NCBI RefSeq assembly: GCF_964355755.1
Contig: NC_092673.1
Span: forward strand, 1,364,001 to 1,428,000
Direction of reading: 5' to 3'
Source: Antedon mediterranea
Taxonomy: Eukaryota > Animalia > Echinodermata
Length of the DNA stretch: 64,000 bases
Under the pieces are notes generated by a model. It saw only the letters and a program-made list of their open reading frames with translations. It had not been told where the DNA came from and did no database searches. Position 1 is the first letter of the stretch, and the number at the start of each line of letters is the position of its first letter. Both the position numbers and the translations under genes were made by a program. Positions 41,098 through 54,178 of the stretch are shown here, in pieces.

Positions 41098-43454
41098 CTT
41101 GAGCATTGCAGAGCAAGACGATCTGTGACAAAAAAAGACATGAAAAATGAAGATTAATTAGTCAGACTTTGAATAGGTTATTTTTAATTTTAATAAAATT
41201 AATCACAAAAAACCCCGAAAATTTGAATATTTTTGGCTTTAAAATACAGTTGTTCAGGTAAGTAACTATTATGCGACATGGCATATTCAACAAAAAAATT
41301 GTTTTTTTCAGGAGGAATCTTTAACAAAATAAATAATTCAGTCCCATCACAGTTCAGTTTCAAATTTTTTTTTCTCCAAAAACTGACAAGCGGGAGGGAG
41401 AAGGCGCGCGGGCCACTCCCTATAAATTGCTAAAAATACAATGCAGACGATAGAAGATAATAATGTGTTGGCCCAGAAATAGGATATTCGTATCATTGAG
41501 CTATTATCGCCTTTACGTAATTTAGTAAATAACCGACAAAAATAAACAAAATATCGCAGCAAATATACCACTACAATAATGTAAACAAATAGTATTTTTA
41601 AACATTTAGTAAAAAGTAAAGTAACTAACAATAACAATTTACCTTTTTCAAATATAAGAAGATAGAAGATGTCTTATCTATTAGCAGTAAAGAACTGAAC
41701 TGGGTGTGCCTTATGTTGTAGTGAAAATTGATTACATGCTATGCTAATTTGAATAATAAAGACGAATATGAATACCACTTTTTTCTTTATCATTTAATAT
41801 TAACAATAGATATAGATTAGAATTCAGGAGAGTGAAAATCGAATTATATTGCATAGTATTTATTAATGCTCTTTGAATTTTCAGCATAATACTTAGCGTC
41901 GTATTTATTCAATTTATTGATTTTCTCTTTGTACTGGTTTTATTTATGTTTTTCATTTACATTGTCAAGTGCAGCGAGTTGCTATAGAAACGTACAATAT
42001 GCTAGAATGACTTTCTTAATCGAAATTATTTATATTCTATTATTATTCAGTCACTGAGTAGCGTCTTAATTTTTCCAGAAGGGAACCTCTTACCGAGTAA
42101 ATCTACGTTCACACTGAGCCCGGATTCAGGTCCGGTGGCCGGAGAAAAAATCTTGGAAAATGGGTTTAGTGTTAAAGAATAGAAGCGTTCACACCGGATT
42201 CGATCCGGTACACGGACTTGGAGAAACCTGTCAGTAGGCCTACAACAGGTCCAAAAGAGGATAAAGTGATACAAAATCGAATCTCGCGCTTAGAAAATAA
42301 TTTCATAATATTGTATTATAGAAATTATAATTAATAAATAAATCTATTCAAGAATAACAAGAAACTGGTTTTCCAGTCATTTTATTGGGAACTAGAGTTG
42401 TTATACACCAAAATGTGAGGGTCCAGTCGTAATGACCAACGAAAATAAATTTCGTTTCATTTCATTTGAAGGGGTTGCGCCGTACACCCCAAACAACATA
42501 CAGTACAATTAAAATTAACATAAATATTATAATAAAATAGATTCACTTAAATAAATTTGTAAACTTAAAGCCCAAAAAGTGTATCAAAAGAATGCTTGAA
42601 TTGTCTGGTTTGTTTGTTTGTTTCATTCGGTACTCAAGAAACACAACAAAAATACCAGGATAACCCCATAAAGCTGAAACAGCTTAATTCCAATGGGGTC
42701 CTTTAAACAAGCAAGTTAGATAATAATGTGTACATTATAAATGCATACTAATACAATAAACAGAAACATCCATATACAATATACTGGTAGTAAGCATTAA
42801 AATAGTTTTTATGTTGATATTCAAATTCTTCCTCATTACTTTCTTGCTGTACTCATTTCTTCTCTTTTTTTCTGCTGATGTTGCTTTCTGCAAATTATTC
42901 AATCAATCACTTAGTTCAGAAACTTAAATTTGCACATAAGTAAGAATAATAATATTGTTCTTTTTAAAATAAAGAGCAAACATCAGAAGTAGGACCTACT
43001 GTCTTTTGTAAGGAGATATTATTAGATCTTCGGATCCTTCATTACACAATGGCCATATTGCAAATTTAGGCTATTTTATACTATTTAAACTTCCCCACAC
43101 AAAACAAACCAACAAAAATCTGGTGTTCAATTTATAATATTTAAAGTAAGTTACTCTTAACCTGGTCTACACGTTCCTCATTGTCTTTGTTTCCATCTAT
43201 AACATCAGCTATGATGAGGCTGGTCCTCTTTTGAAACCCATCGACTCTCGGTTAATACCATCATTCACTAAAAAGATAAACATAATATACACTAATAATA
43301 AAAATTCACAGAATTGGAAACACTGAAATATTTTTACACATTTAAAAGAGAGGTAGGTTGACTCGCTAATAGTAAATTAACAGTTGATAAAGCATTGCTA
43401 TAAAAATTACTTTTCATTTATTTAAAACATAAAAACATCTATGTTAAGGCTTAC

Positions 43455-46400
43455 CACACCAGACAATTCGCGGTTTCTTTTGACGCCACGTTCTTGGCGA
43501 ATAAGAGCAGGGCTCAATGGTCGACTTGCATAAGAACTCAAATTGTTCCTATATGTTCTTACGGCTAATAATTGGTCACTACCAATGTTTTCATCTATTT
43601 TCCAGGAAAGGTAGATCAGTCTGCCGAAAAAAAATAAAATAAGTACACTTGAGATGAACTGTTTCCGTTGTGTTATCACATGACCTTTCACCAAATTAAA
43701 ACCAGATCTTGTTAATATACGTACATCGTCTTTTTATCCAGCCGCGTCAGTTTGTTGCTAAATTCACCGAGTATGTCAAGATAGTCAATATAGGGGTATG
43801 CTTGGTGTTCTTCTGGCGAAGTCGTCAAACTGAACATAATACCATCTCTATAAAAAACATTTTTAAACTTTATTTTAAACTATTATTTTTATTATTATTA
43901 ATAGTTCAGATATTAGGGAGCTTTCGATTTGCGCATATTTAAATGTTTGCACTCTCCATATCGACAGAGTATGGTTTTTAGGTTCTTAGTTGTTGCAAAT
44001 CTAAAGCACCTAAATGGTGGTGGATGAAATTGATTTTGAAGACTATCTTCAAACATACTAAAGCTCTTTCCACACACACAACAAAAATGTGATGTGCCCA
44101 AATATATATACTGTATGTCACATTTTTTGTCACATAAAGTTTGATAGTGTATACAGAGCTTTAGATTGTTGACAGCGACTAAATGATGTCATGCGTTTAC
44201 CGTTTACTTACTTGTGTAACGCTGTCAGAGCTTCTCGGCTTTTGACTTTTTCTTGTCCAAACGCGAGCGAGAATCTTCGTGCAAGTTTTTTAATGTCATT
44301 CATCTTCTCTGTAGATTTACTCTTCTCTATGTATCCCATTTCACTCTTCATTTGAAAGAATAACTAATAATTTAAAATTACAGTAATATTATAGTGATTA
44401 TAATTCTGAGCGTTACTATAACGACTACAAAAAATGCAATTTATAATCTGGAACCAGAGAAAATGTTGCACTTAAGCTTGGTTCCCACAAGGACGCAACG
44501 CAAGGATGCAACGTACGTACGGACGCAATGCGTGGCTCCCACAACACAAAGACGTACGCAACGTTAGTGAGTTTACCAATCTCAAGCAATGGATTATTCA
44601 AACAGTCACGTGTGATTTGTCAACTCGCTTGCGTTGCGTCTACGTCATTGCGTTTTGCGTCCAAGTGAGGAAAAATTACTTTGAAAAAAAAAATACATTA
44701 TATAATTCACATACACTTGGTTCTCTCTCGCAACCCAGACCCTATCATAATCGTTTTCCGCTTGCGTACGTTACCGTACTAGTTGCGGTAGCATATTTTT
44801 TTTCTAGTGGAAACCAAGCAAAAACACACACAAATAAATAACTAATAATAATTACCTGACTGAGAGCAAGTCCCAGTGTTTTTGCACAGCTTATCTTGTC
44901 GATATCCCTTGATTTGGCCAATGTTCTTTTGATGACAGCACCGTAATCATTATAATACTGCAATTACATACAATTTAATACACTCTATATTTGGTTGTTA
45001 ACATGTTTGTTTACTTTAAATAAAGAAATATATGAAGCTCCTATAAAAATATTAATATAAACCTAGCAACACTCGCCTGCAGCAATAGTTTTATAGATAC
45101 ATAGGCCTAAGTGTTACATACCTGTATATAGTGTTTAAACATGCAAGTAGCCATTCTCATATCAATGATACTGGAGATGATCAGTTTGGAGAATAAGGAC
45201 AAAAGGTTTTGACGTTTATGAAGAACCTCATCGTTATCTGTTATGAATATAATAATTATAATCATTCAAACCTCAATCCACAAATAAACTTACCGTGACA
45301 CAGTTGGTGACTTTAAAAAAATGTATATGGAAAATAAAACAGTGCTGAATATGTTATATGTATACTTACCATCATCGTCTTTTCCAACAAACACCTCATC
45401 TTCAATGAAATCGCTCATTAGTAGTTCAAGTGCGCTACTGGGCGCATAGATCAATGAGCTACAAGTTAGATCAGAACTTAGCTCATGCCTACTAAACACA
45501 ACCAGAAGGTCAGAAATGGTAATGAAAGCTTGATGTTTGATGCTCGACGTACTATCAATAAGAAGGACCGTACACAACTGAACCAGGTCAGTTACATGCT
45601 TCTTGACTCGGTTGATCTCATCCTGAAACAAAAAAAATACATTACGTATAGGTTTATACAAAATGTGTTACCCAATTATGATCTATCATATGTTTAGAAC
45701 AATTCACATAATAATCGTGGAGTTGTGATTTAGTGGTTATGATGCTTGGCTACCAATTCAAGGGTCTGGGTTCAAGTCCTGTCAGGATTTTTTTCTAATA
45801 GGTCAAATGACAAATAACAACTCCACTCCAAGGGACTTGTAATAAGATGTAGAGCATCTTGTTTGTAATGTTTTTCCCCTTTAAGAATGATAGTGAATGA
45901 ATTCGCGTATGGTTTCCTTGGCAATTTGCCTAAATATATAAAAACAAAACAAAACATATCTTTCATATTATGAAGTGTCTTCTTGCATTGAAGCTATTAG
46001 TTATACAGTTATACATTTGTCAAAGCATCCTTTAGATATATTGTAAATTATTACCGTAAGTACATACTAAATATATTGACTTACTTGGTCGGTGTTTTTG
46101 TCTTTTAGATTTTTAAAAGACCACATTACTTCATGATACGCACATACAATGGATGAGGCGTATATGTCCTGTGGTACGTCACCACGCTTGGGAGCTTGCT
46201 GGATCAATGACACTAGAATATCATACAGATTCCAACTGGTTAGATCATGGCAGCTAGACAACGAAAACATAAAAACGAGAAACTATTAAACAATTGCAGA
46301 AAAATGGAATTTAGATTCTATATTGTTACACTTATTATTTGATTTATTTTCTTGTACTCGTACAAATGCGAAAAAAGGCAAATAGTGGAAAGGGCATATG

Positions 46401-49400
46401 TTGTAAGAGGGGATGGGCCTATGATGATGTTTTGACACTTGCCATTTATTAGCAACAATACAATACAATTTTACCTATAAAATACTGTAATTTTTTTTAG
46501 GCTTGATGATAAATCGTAGACAACATTTTCATCCGGTCCACAGGTCTAAAAAATACATAGATATAACAAGATAATGTGTTGTTATTGGAATCAATAATTT
46601 AGGCCTACTAAAGTATTTACAATCAACTCATCCACTCGAGTTTCAATCCTCTATATACAATTGCAGCATACAACATTTGATTTATAATTAAAAAGAAAAC
46701 TTACATTAGGAATATGATTTTTGTGCACATTTTGTTTCGAAATTTGAATACACTTACTGCGTCAAAACTCCTATAGCTTCTTCGGACTCCTTCTGCAAGA
46801 CTATCAAACAACGTTGTTGTAGCGACCTCGACGGTATGTGTGATGTTGAGCTGATCACATAGCAGACTCTTGTATGTTTTAGAACATGCTTCAAGAACCT
46901 GCAATAAGTTGGTGAAGCAGATTTTCCATAAGGCGAAATTGTTCGCGCGAATCTAAAGCGTCAGTAGTACGCATGCGTATTCATGTTTCCATCTTCTAAA
47001 TCCCTCTCTACGCATAAAGCCTGTTTTTACTGTTGACGTTATTCGACGCTATCGTCGTTGATCGTTAACAGACAACGACGATCGTTTGAAAATGATTAAT
47101 TTGAAATAATAACGGCAGCAACTAGCTGTAAATCGTTAACATTTCGATGTTTACGTAGAAGATTGTCGATTACGAATAACGTCGACAGGAAAACATGCTT
47201 TCGATTCGCGCGAGCAAATTTACCTTGTGGAAAATAAGCTTAATAACATAATCTAATTTTTGTAATTGTATTGAAAATTGAATAGGCCTACGTGCTACAC
47301 TGTATTTTACTGGTTAATGGATACACAGGATGCTAACTGAAAACGGTTTAGGCCTACTTCGGTTTCTGTGTGGTTCTTTACTATATATTTCATCTGTCGT
47401 AGAAGTGAATTCAAGTACACCTCTAGTCCACTCGTTGTATAGATCTCGAGATCAAAATGTTGTGGAATCTCGAGTAGGTCTGCCACTTGCTCAGAATTTA
47501 TACCGTACTGCAAGAGAGTTAATACCTTTAATGGATAAAGTGGGCTATGAAGAATTCTGTACTCTGTATTCTTTTTTTCCCAAATAAAAGATGAAATGAA
47601 ATTAGTACTAACAATTGTGAACTGTTGATGAAATCTAGTATCAGATTTTATATCAACATATTTTTTGAAAAAAAAGCGCCAGATTACAAGAGAGAGAGAG
47701 ATTGAGGGACAATGGCTGGAAGGTAAAAGAAAAATGTAGACATTTTTAAATGTTGCGTCGTTGATGAAATTCTAGTATCAGATTTTAGATCAACATGTTT
47801 TTTAAAAAAGAGGTCAGATCACAAGAGATAGATTGAGGACAAATGTGAAAGAATAATGTAGATAACACACTATTGAAAGAAGATCTGGCAATTTGACCAT
47901 GAAATGCTGCGATAACTTCATCTTGTCGTCTAGCACAATTTTCTTCTTTTTTGCAGACATCTTCTTAGACGACTTTCGACCTACGGGTGGACGACCCTGG
48001 ACCGCTTGTCGTACAACGCAAACCATGATTTTAATCAGTGCTGTTTCTTGTTGATCATTAAGTGCTGCAACGATATTAATCCGTTTTAGTACTCATAATT
48101 CTCAAGCGCCAATTCTCCAATTATCCAACTTGTCTCGCATAACAAAGCCAAATAAAAATTGAGCATTGTTAGTGGTGATATAAGCCTACCTTGCCCAGGA
48201 CCAATACGGCCAAGTACAAAACTTTACAATAGGAAAATCAAGATGTTTGTGTTGGATGAGCTATCCTTTACCAGGCCTATATACTTACGTTTTTCTCCTC
48301 GATCTGGTCCATCAATAAGTAACTCGGTCATACATTCCCAATCTTTCACCATCTCATTCACTTCCCATAATGCATCTACTAGATATGCAGCATGTTTATT
48401 AGGCTAGGGAGAATGAATTGATTTTTATATCGACACTTATTTAAGTTATGTAGTGACAGGCAAAGAAACAAATTTGAAGCATCAGTAATGACAATTCCTC
48501 TCTTCCTTCTTCTCTATTAGTAATGTACACCATACCTGACTCTCTATAAAGAACAGGACCAGATCCTTGATAAGTGAAGCATTGGCACTACGTCTTTTAT
48601 CGACACTATATCTTTTGCTGGCAATACGTCTTTTACTGGCATCAGCTCTTTTTAATTTGAGTAATATTTCATTAAGAAACTCTGCTGCAGCCTGTGCCAC
48701 GGCTCTACTTGCTGTGTAAACAAGTTGACAAACATCATCACAATCTTCCACTAAGATGTCCTCATCACACCTACAAACATATAATTGAATTAACAGCATT
48801 ACGAAAACGTTTATGCAACACATCACATTAATGACAAAATAATAGTGTTTACAATGTGATATAGGAATAAGTTTAGGAAACTATATGAATGAGATCCCAG
48901 TTATCTTAAGCTTGGTTCCCACTAGCGACGCAACGCAAGGACGTAACGCAACGTAAAGCTTGGTTCCCACTAGAACGTAACGCAAGGACGTAAACGCAAC
49001 GCAAGCGTTTTAACCAATGACAAGCAAAGTTATAGACAGTTAGCAATCACAAGCGAATAAGCCATCGCTTGTGATTGGTCAATTCACTTGCGTTGCGTTA
49101 CGTCCTTGTGTTGCGTCGCTAGTAAGAACCACGCTTAAGTGATTTGACAAGCGATGGATTATTCGAACAGGTGGCTTGTCATTAAAGCGTGGTTCCCACT
49201 AGCGACGCAGCGCAAGGACGTAACGCAACGCAAGTGAATTGACCAATCACAAGCGATGGCTTATTCGCTTGTGATTGCTAATTGTCTATAACTTCGCTTG
49301 TCATTGGTTAAAACGCTTGCGTTGCGTTTACGTCCTTGCGTTACGTTCTAGTGAGAACCAAGCTTAATTGGTCAACACGCTTACATTGCGCGTACGTCCT

Positions 49401-52398
49401 TGCGTTGTGGACGTGCGTATCTAGTGGGAACCACGCTTTAAAAACATTTCTTTATACTATGAAATATAAAAGAATAAAAAATAACTTGAATAAAAAAGGT
49501 AACCCACTACTATAAAAGCTTTGCTTACTTTAAGATGAACGTGACAACTCTGATGGCCAGTACAGAAACATCAGTTTTCTTATCACGTGTCATCGCTACA
49601 ATTCTGTCTTTGAATCGATTTGTGAAGTTTTCAAGTTTCAAAGCAAAGTAATGCACACGGTATAGATTGTGAAGACCGATTAAACATGCTAATCTCACAT
49701 CTGCAACCTATAAAATCAATACAACAATATTTAATAACTAATAAACACATTAACGTTGTCTATTTCTATAAAGACAAACAAAAACGGCCTGTTTCTTTGT
49801 CTTTTGCGATCAAACGTTTTAATTCTTGACTGCAGAAACTGGGGAAATGTTAAATTAAGGCGTGGTTCCCACTAGCGACGCAAAGTAAGGACGTAACGCA
49901 ACGTAAGTGATTTGACCAATCACAAGCGATGGATTATTCGAACAGTGGCTTGTCATTGGTCAACTCGCTTGTGCTGCGCGTACGTTCTCGCGTTACGTTT
50001 CTAGTACCACGCTTAGTGCAACACAAAATAACAGTTTTATTGACCTCTGTTGAAAAAACAGTTTTTTAAAGACAAATGTTTCAAATAATGATTAAAAAAG
50101 AATGAAATAATTACGTTATCATCAAGTTTCCAACCAACATATTTCAGGTAACGATCATTCAGGAACACGCGACTGTAATTCTGCATACATACACACATCT
50201 CTTCCATACATATTGCTCTTATCTCTGGCTGCGCGTCCCTACATAAAAACAAATTGAAATTTGTAAAACCAGATGAGTGGTCTATCAGGCATATACAAGC
50301 ATTTGAATTTGAACTACGGCATGCACTTTTCTAACAAATTTGTAAAGTCTTCATGTTTTTGGGATGACCAATATTATATAACAATTACCTGTATCTTTTA
50401 ACAAAAATTCTTTTAAATATGTGATCAATCATTCGTAAACTTTCCTCCAAGTTACGTTTATCAATTTCAACCTTAGGCCTACTTGAAATATGCCTTTGAC
50501 GCTTTTGACGTCGAGCATCACGCTCTCGTTGGGCGTTTTCAAGGCTGAGTGCAGCCACGTTTCCATAAGCTATCATTAACTTCATAGCTGAAAAAACAGT
50601 ATTTGTTAATGTTTCAATGAGTAATGTTACTATATTCACCACTGAAAATAACACAAAGACACTCACTGCTTTCGAAGTATTATATCGAATACAAATTTAC
50701 GGTAGTAGCAATATTCATAGAATGAAGGGCTACTATATAATTAAACTAAAAAAAATACATACAAAACACGAATCAAAGATGGCTTCAACGACAGTGACAG
50801 AACTCAAACAAATATTCTTACCAACTATATCAGACCCTGTACAACTGAGGTAGAATTAACTAATCAATTAATGAAAGCACTCAGAAACTGAGTGAAGTAC
50901 TTGGCACAATATTGCCATTGAAGGAGCATTAATAAATAAACGTGTATCTCACCTGCTAAGGTACTGGTGTGTCGAAAAGCACAGACCCGAGAGCCACTAA
51001 GACCAGTCAAAAATAAAATTATGTCTTCCATCACGTGCTGGTCATATAGTATATCGTTATCTTGACATTGCTTAACCAACACTTGAATGAAGTCACTAAA
51101 GTGTGTCTTAAACTTCTTATACATTACCAGTGGATATTCTCTACTGTCCTGTTTAAAAACGCAGATACCTTACATTAAGCAGGAGGGTCATTATTAGTCC
51201 TGCTTGCATACTCATCAAAAACTGACATTCACTGAATGATAATTTTAAGTTTATATAATAATAATTTATTTGGAAGCTACACTTTTGAACCAGTGGCACA
51301 CTTCTTGAATGAAGGTGCGTACAGAGTAAGTAAAATAAAAGTTAGAAAAAAATGCCCGTTTGGTGAAATCTTTACAAAATATATCGAATGCATCTTCAAT
51401 ATTTTTAGAAAGATCAAGTACAGGTGAACCAAGAACATACATTGTCCCACTATTAAATTGGTTCAAAATATCAATTGCATTCGATAGACTTTGCTCGAGC
51501 ATTGCCAATTCCTGGCGCAGATCTTCAGTGGATTTAGATTTAAAACAAATATTATGTACCTCATCGATTTCATCAGTCATACGTGTAATAATATCACTAT
51601 GTTGTAGAGTTGCGTACATATCAGTCGTAACAACACCGTCGTTACATCCTGAACTCTGTATGATAAAGTTGATCAATTCCACCAAAGCGGTTTCACGATT
51701 TGCCTTGTAAGTTTCAATCCATTCATCTACAATTACCTGGAAATGTAAATACACACCATCAAGTTTTCTATTATTGTGTTTTCATGGAAACCATGATTAA
51801 GCTCTGTCTACACTTTCAAACATTATGTGAAAAACAAAAATGTGATGTGGCCATATATGGATGTTATATCACTACCATATTTGGGCACATCACTACCATG
51901 TTTGGGCACATCACACTTTTTTTGTCGAATTAGTTTGTGTAGACAGAGCTTTAGCTATGAAATGTTTTAATATAAATAACTTGGATGTATTAATAGAATA
52001 GTGATGTTTATCTTGAGAATGTGTACAATATTTTGTGTGCATTATTACCAAAGAAATCATTAATTATTTAACCTATTTTTTATGGTATATTTAATGCATA
52101 CTATACACTACGTATTTAAAATAAATTCTCTAGCCCAAGTGTCTAGCGAAGAAAACAAAATTCAATCTTATTATATTGATTGATCGATTGATGTATTATT
52201 TCAGTTATCTGCTAAGTTAATAGCCTATAGATAACCAGCATATATATGTATGTATGTTATACTTGTTCATACCGTAAACAATTACGAAATAATATATGCT
52301 CGAGGCGTTTAGTTGAATTTGTCTAATTAACTATAGGCATTAATCATACTCACGTGTGTTCCTCCTTGAAGTACAATCTCATACAAAGTGACAGCCAT
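43455..52398 (-). CDS. STAG: Cohesin subunit SA/STAG (Scc3 family), divergent paralogue; 3' end unresolved (possible further exons to ~42047)
   Basis: About 19 GT-AG exons: [15 protein letters not shown]; [11 protein letters not shown]...FIIQSSGC; [14 protein letters not shown]; [19 protein letters not shown]...[12 protein letters not shown]; [15 protein letters not shown]; [10 protein letters not shown]; [12 protein letters not shown]; HDLTSWNL; [14 protein letters not shown]; HKRQNLL; [10 protein letters not shown]; [10 protein letters not shown]...[12 protein letters not shown]. Confidence 0.9.
44062..44160. mobile_element. MITE family A copy (short)
   Basis: TAA-AGCTCTTTCCACAC...GTGTATACAGAGCT-TTA. 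Confidence 0.7.
44474..44820. mobile_element. MITE family B copies (degenerate/composite)
   Basis: AGCTTGGTTCCCAC start, family B core, and CTAGTGGAAACCAAGC end. Confidence 0.6.
45718..45790 (+). mobile_element. tRNA-derived SINE head (A/B boxes), degenerate
   Basis: TGATTTAGTGGTT ... GGGTTCAAGTCC; acceptor stem is poor. Confidence 0.4.
47018..47199. mobile_element. MITE family C copy
   Basis: AGCCTGTTTTTACTGTTGACGTTATTCG ... CGAATAACGTCGACAGGAAAACATGCT. Confidence 0.75.
48909..49437. mobile_element. MITE family B host (TTA TSD) containing two nested family B insertions (48957-49135, 49186-49364)
   Basis: Each inner copy is flanked by TAA. Removing them approximately restores the uninterrupted element seen at 49859-50013. 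Confidence 0.85.
49859..50013. mobile_element. MITE family B copy (uninterrupted host subtype)
   Basis: GGCGTGGTTCCCACTAGCGACGC...CTAGTACCACGCT. Confidence 0.75.
51800..51950. mobile_element. MITE family A copy
   Basis: TTA-AGCTCTGTCTACAC...GTGTAGACAGAGCT-TTA. Confidence 0.8.
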
Positions 52399-54178
52399 CT
52401 TAGTAATTAATGACTGGAGAGGAAGGTAACTAAACAATACAAACACAGGCTATACATTACAATAACAAAGACAATAGAAAAAAAAGAAAAATCTACTTGG
52501 GTTATTTGGATGACTGGTTGAATTGAATGCTGAACTACAAACAAAAACAAAACAGCCGACATGGATAAAACTGGTTATTGGTTGGTGCCTAAAAGGGCCT
52601 TACAGAAAGAAAGAAAAAGCTGGAGAGAACATAAACCTTATGGTGGTAGGCTTACTGATGACAGTGGCAGCGCAAAGGAACCTGTGCAAGAAAGTCTTAC
52701 CTCGGTGGTAATTTGGTAATGACTATGAACTGTACTTCAGCTATGATAGCATTTGAATATTGGTGTTACTGAGTTATGAGCTAATTTGCATATTAGTTTA
52801 CATGTGTATTGGTATAAATAAACGGTTTTAAGCAAGCAGTTATGCGTAATCTTACGAACGCTACTTACATGTGATAAAATTAAAGACTTGACTTACGAAG
52901 AAAATGAATAAATACCGAAACCGAAACGTAAAGTTAAAATTGCAGCTTTGCCTTATCTAGGATTTAGAACAAACAGTCAAAACCTCTTCATGCGCGAATA
53001 TAATCGGCAATAGAAAACAGGCCTAATATTGACGAGTTTTGATGCAAATTGCTTATTTTTTCTTCTTTTGACCTAAATTCTGAATAAGAAAGTTACTAAC
53101 TTAAACAAAAAAATATAATATGTTATGTATAAATCAAAATGTTGCATATTTATAGGCGAGCGTTTAGATGAGTTGTATGTATGAGCGCTGTATTGACACA
53201 ATACATAGGTAACACAACTAGCAAATGGACATTTCATTTTGTTTTACTTTTATTTCATTTATTACTCATATGGATTTTTGAAATACAAAAAGAACATTTA
53301 CTTCAAATTATTTCATACAAAAAAAACATTCATTTTACTTAGATAGGGTTAATAATTCCCATTGTTGTCTATTAGAACTCCGTTCACACGATGGTGTCGT
53401 GTTGTTAAATAATGGAAAATCATTATACAAACGGAACAAGTCTGAACGTTATGAATGTTGTATAGTCATAATGTTCAGGAAATACTTAACTTAAATCTGC
53501 TTAAATATTCTATAATGTAGATAACATCAAGGACTGAACCATGGGTAGAACCGCCATTCCAAATTTGAGGGAAACCAAAACCCATTGGATGGCAGTCAAC
53601 TTGACTATTTTTTGCTTTAAATTAATACAGGTAAATAATTTTCATTTTCGATCCAATTTTTGAGTGAATAACAATTATGTGACATTAAAATGGCATACTA
53701 AAAAAAAACTATTATATTATTATTAAAAATATTTATTTATTATATTTGGGATTTACCCTCAGATCTAACATCTAAACAAAAACTAAATATTGTTTGTTAC
53801 TGAAGGGAATCTAGGCTTAAAGTTTATTTGTTTGTAACAAAAAACTTATCTAGGCTTCCTTCTACAGATGCTTTTTACTATGTAACATCTTGTATTTTTT
53901 GTACGTGTAGAGAATTGTTTAATAAACGAAACGAAATATTGGCATAATAGCTAACCTACAAAACCTTTTGAATTCTGTATGCACCAATCAATAATCAATA
54001 TCAATAATTATGTACATCTAATAATCTAAAGAATAGCCTACATCGTCAACGAATGTTAGGCAGTCGTGCTACCATACAGGGTTTTTACACAAGAATTTGA
54101 CGTTGGACAACTGTGGAATCATCTTATACGCCGGACCGGAACCGTGCCTTAACATTTGTGAAAAAACCTTTAGTCACT

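Noticed and set aside
45718-45790. tRNA gene
   Set aside because: A/B boxes are present but the cloverleaf stems are not convincing; more likely a SINE head.
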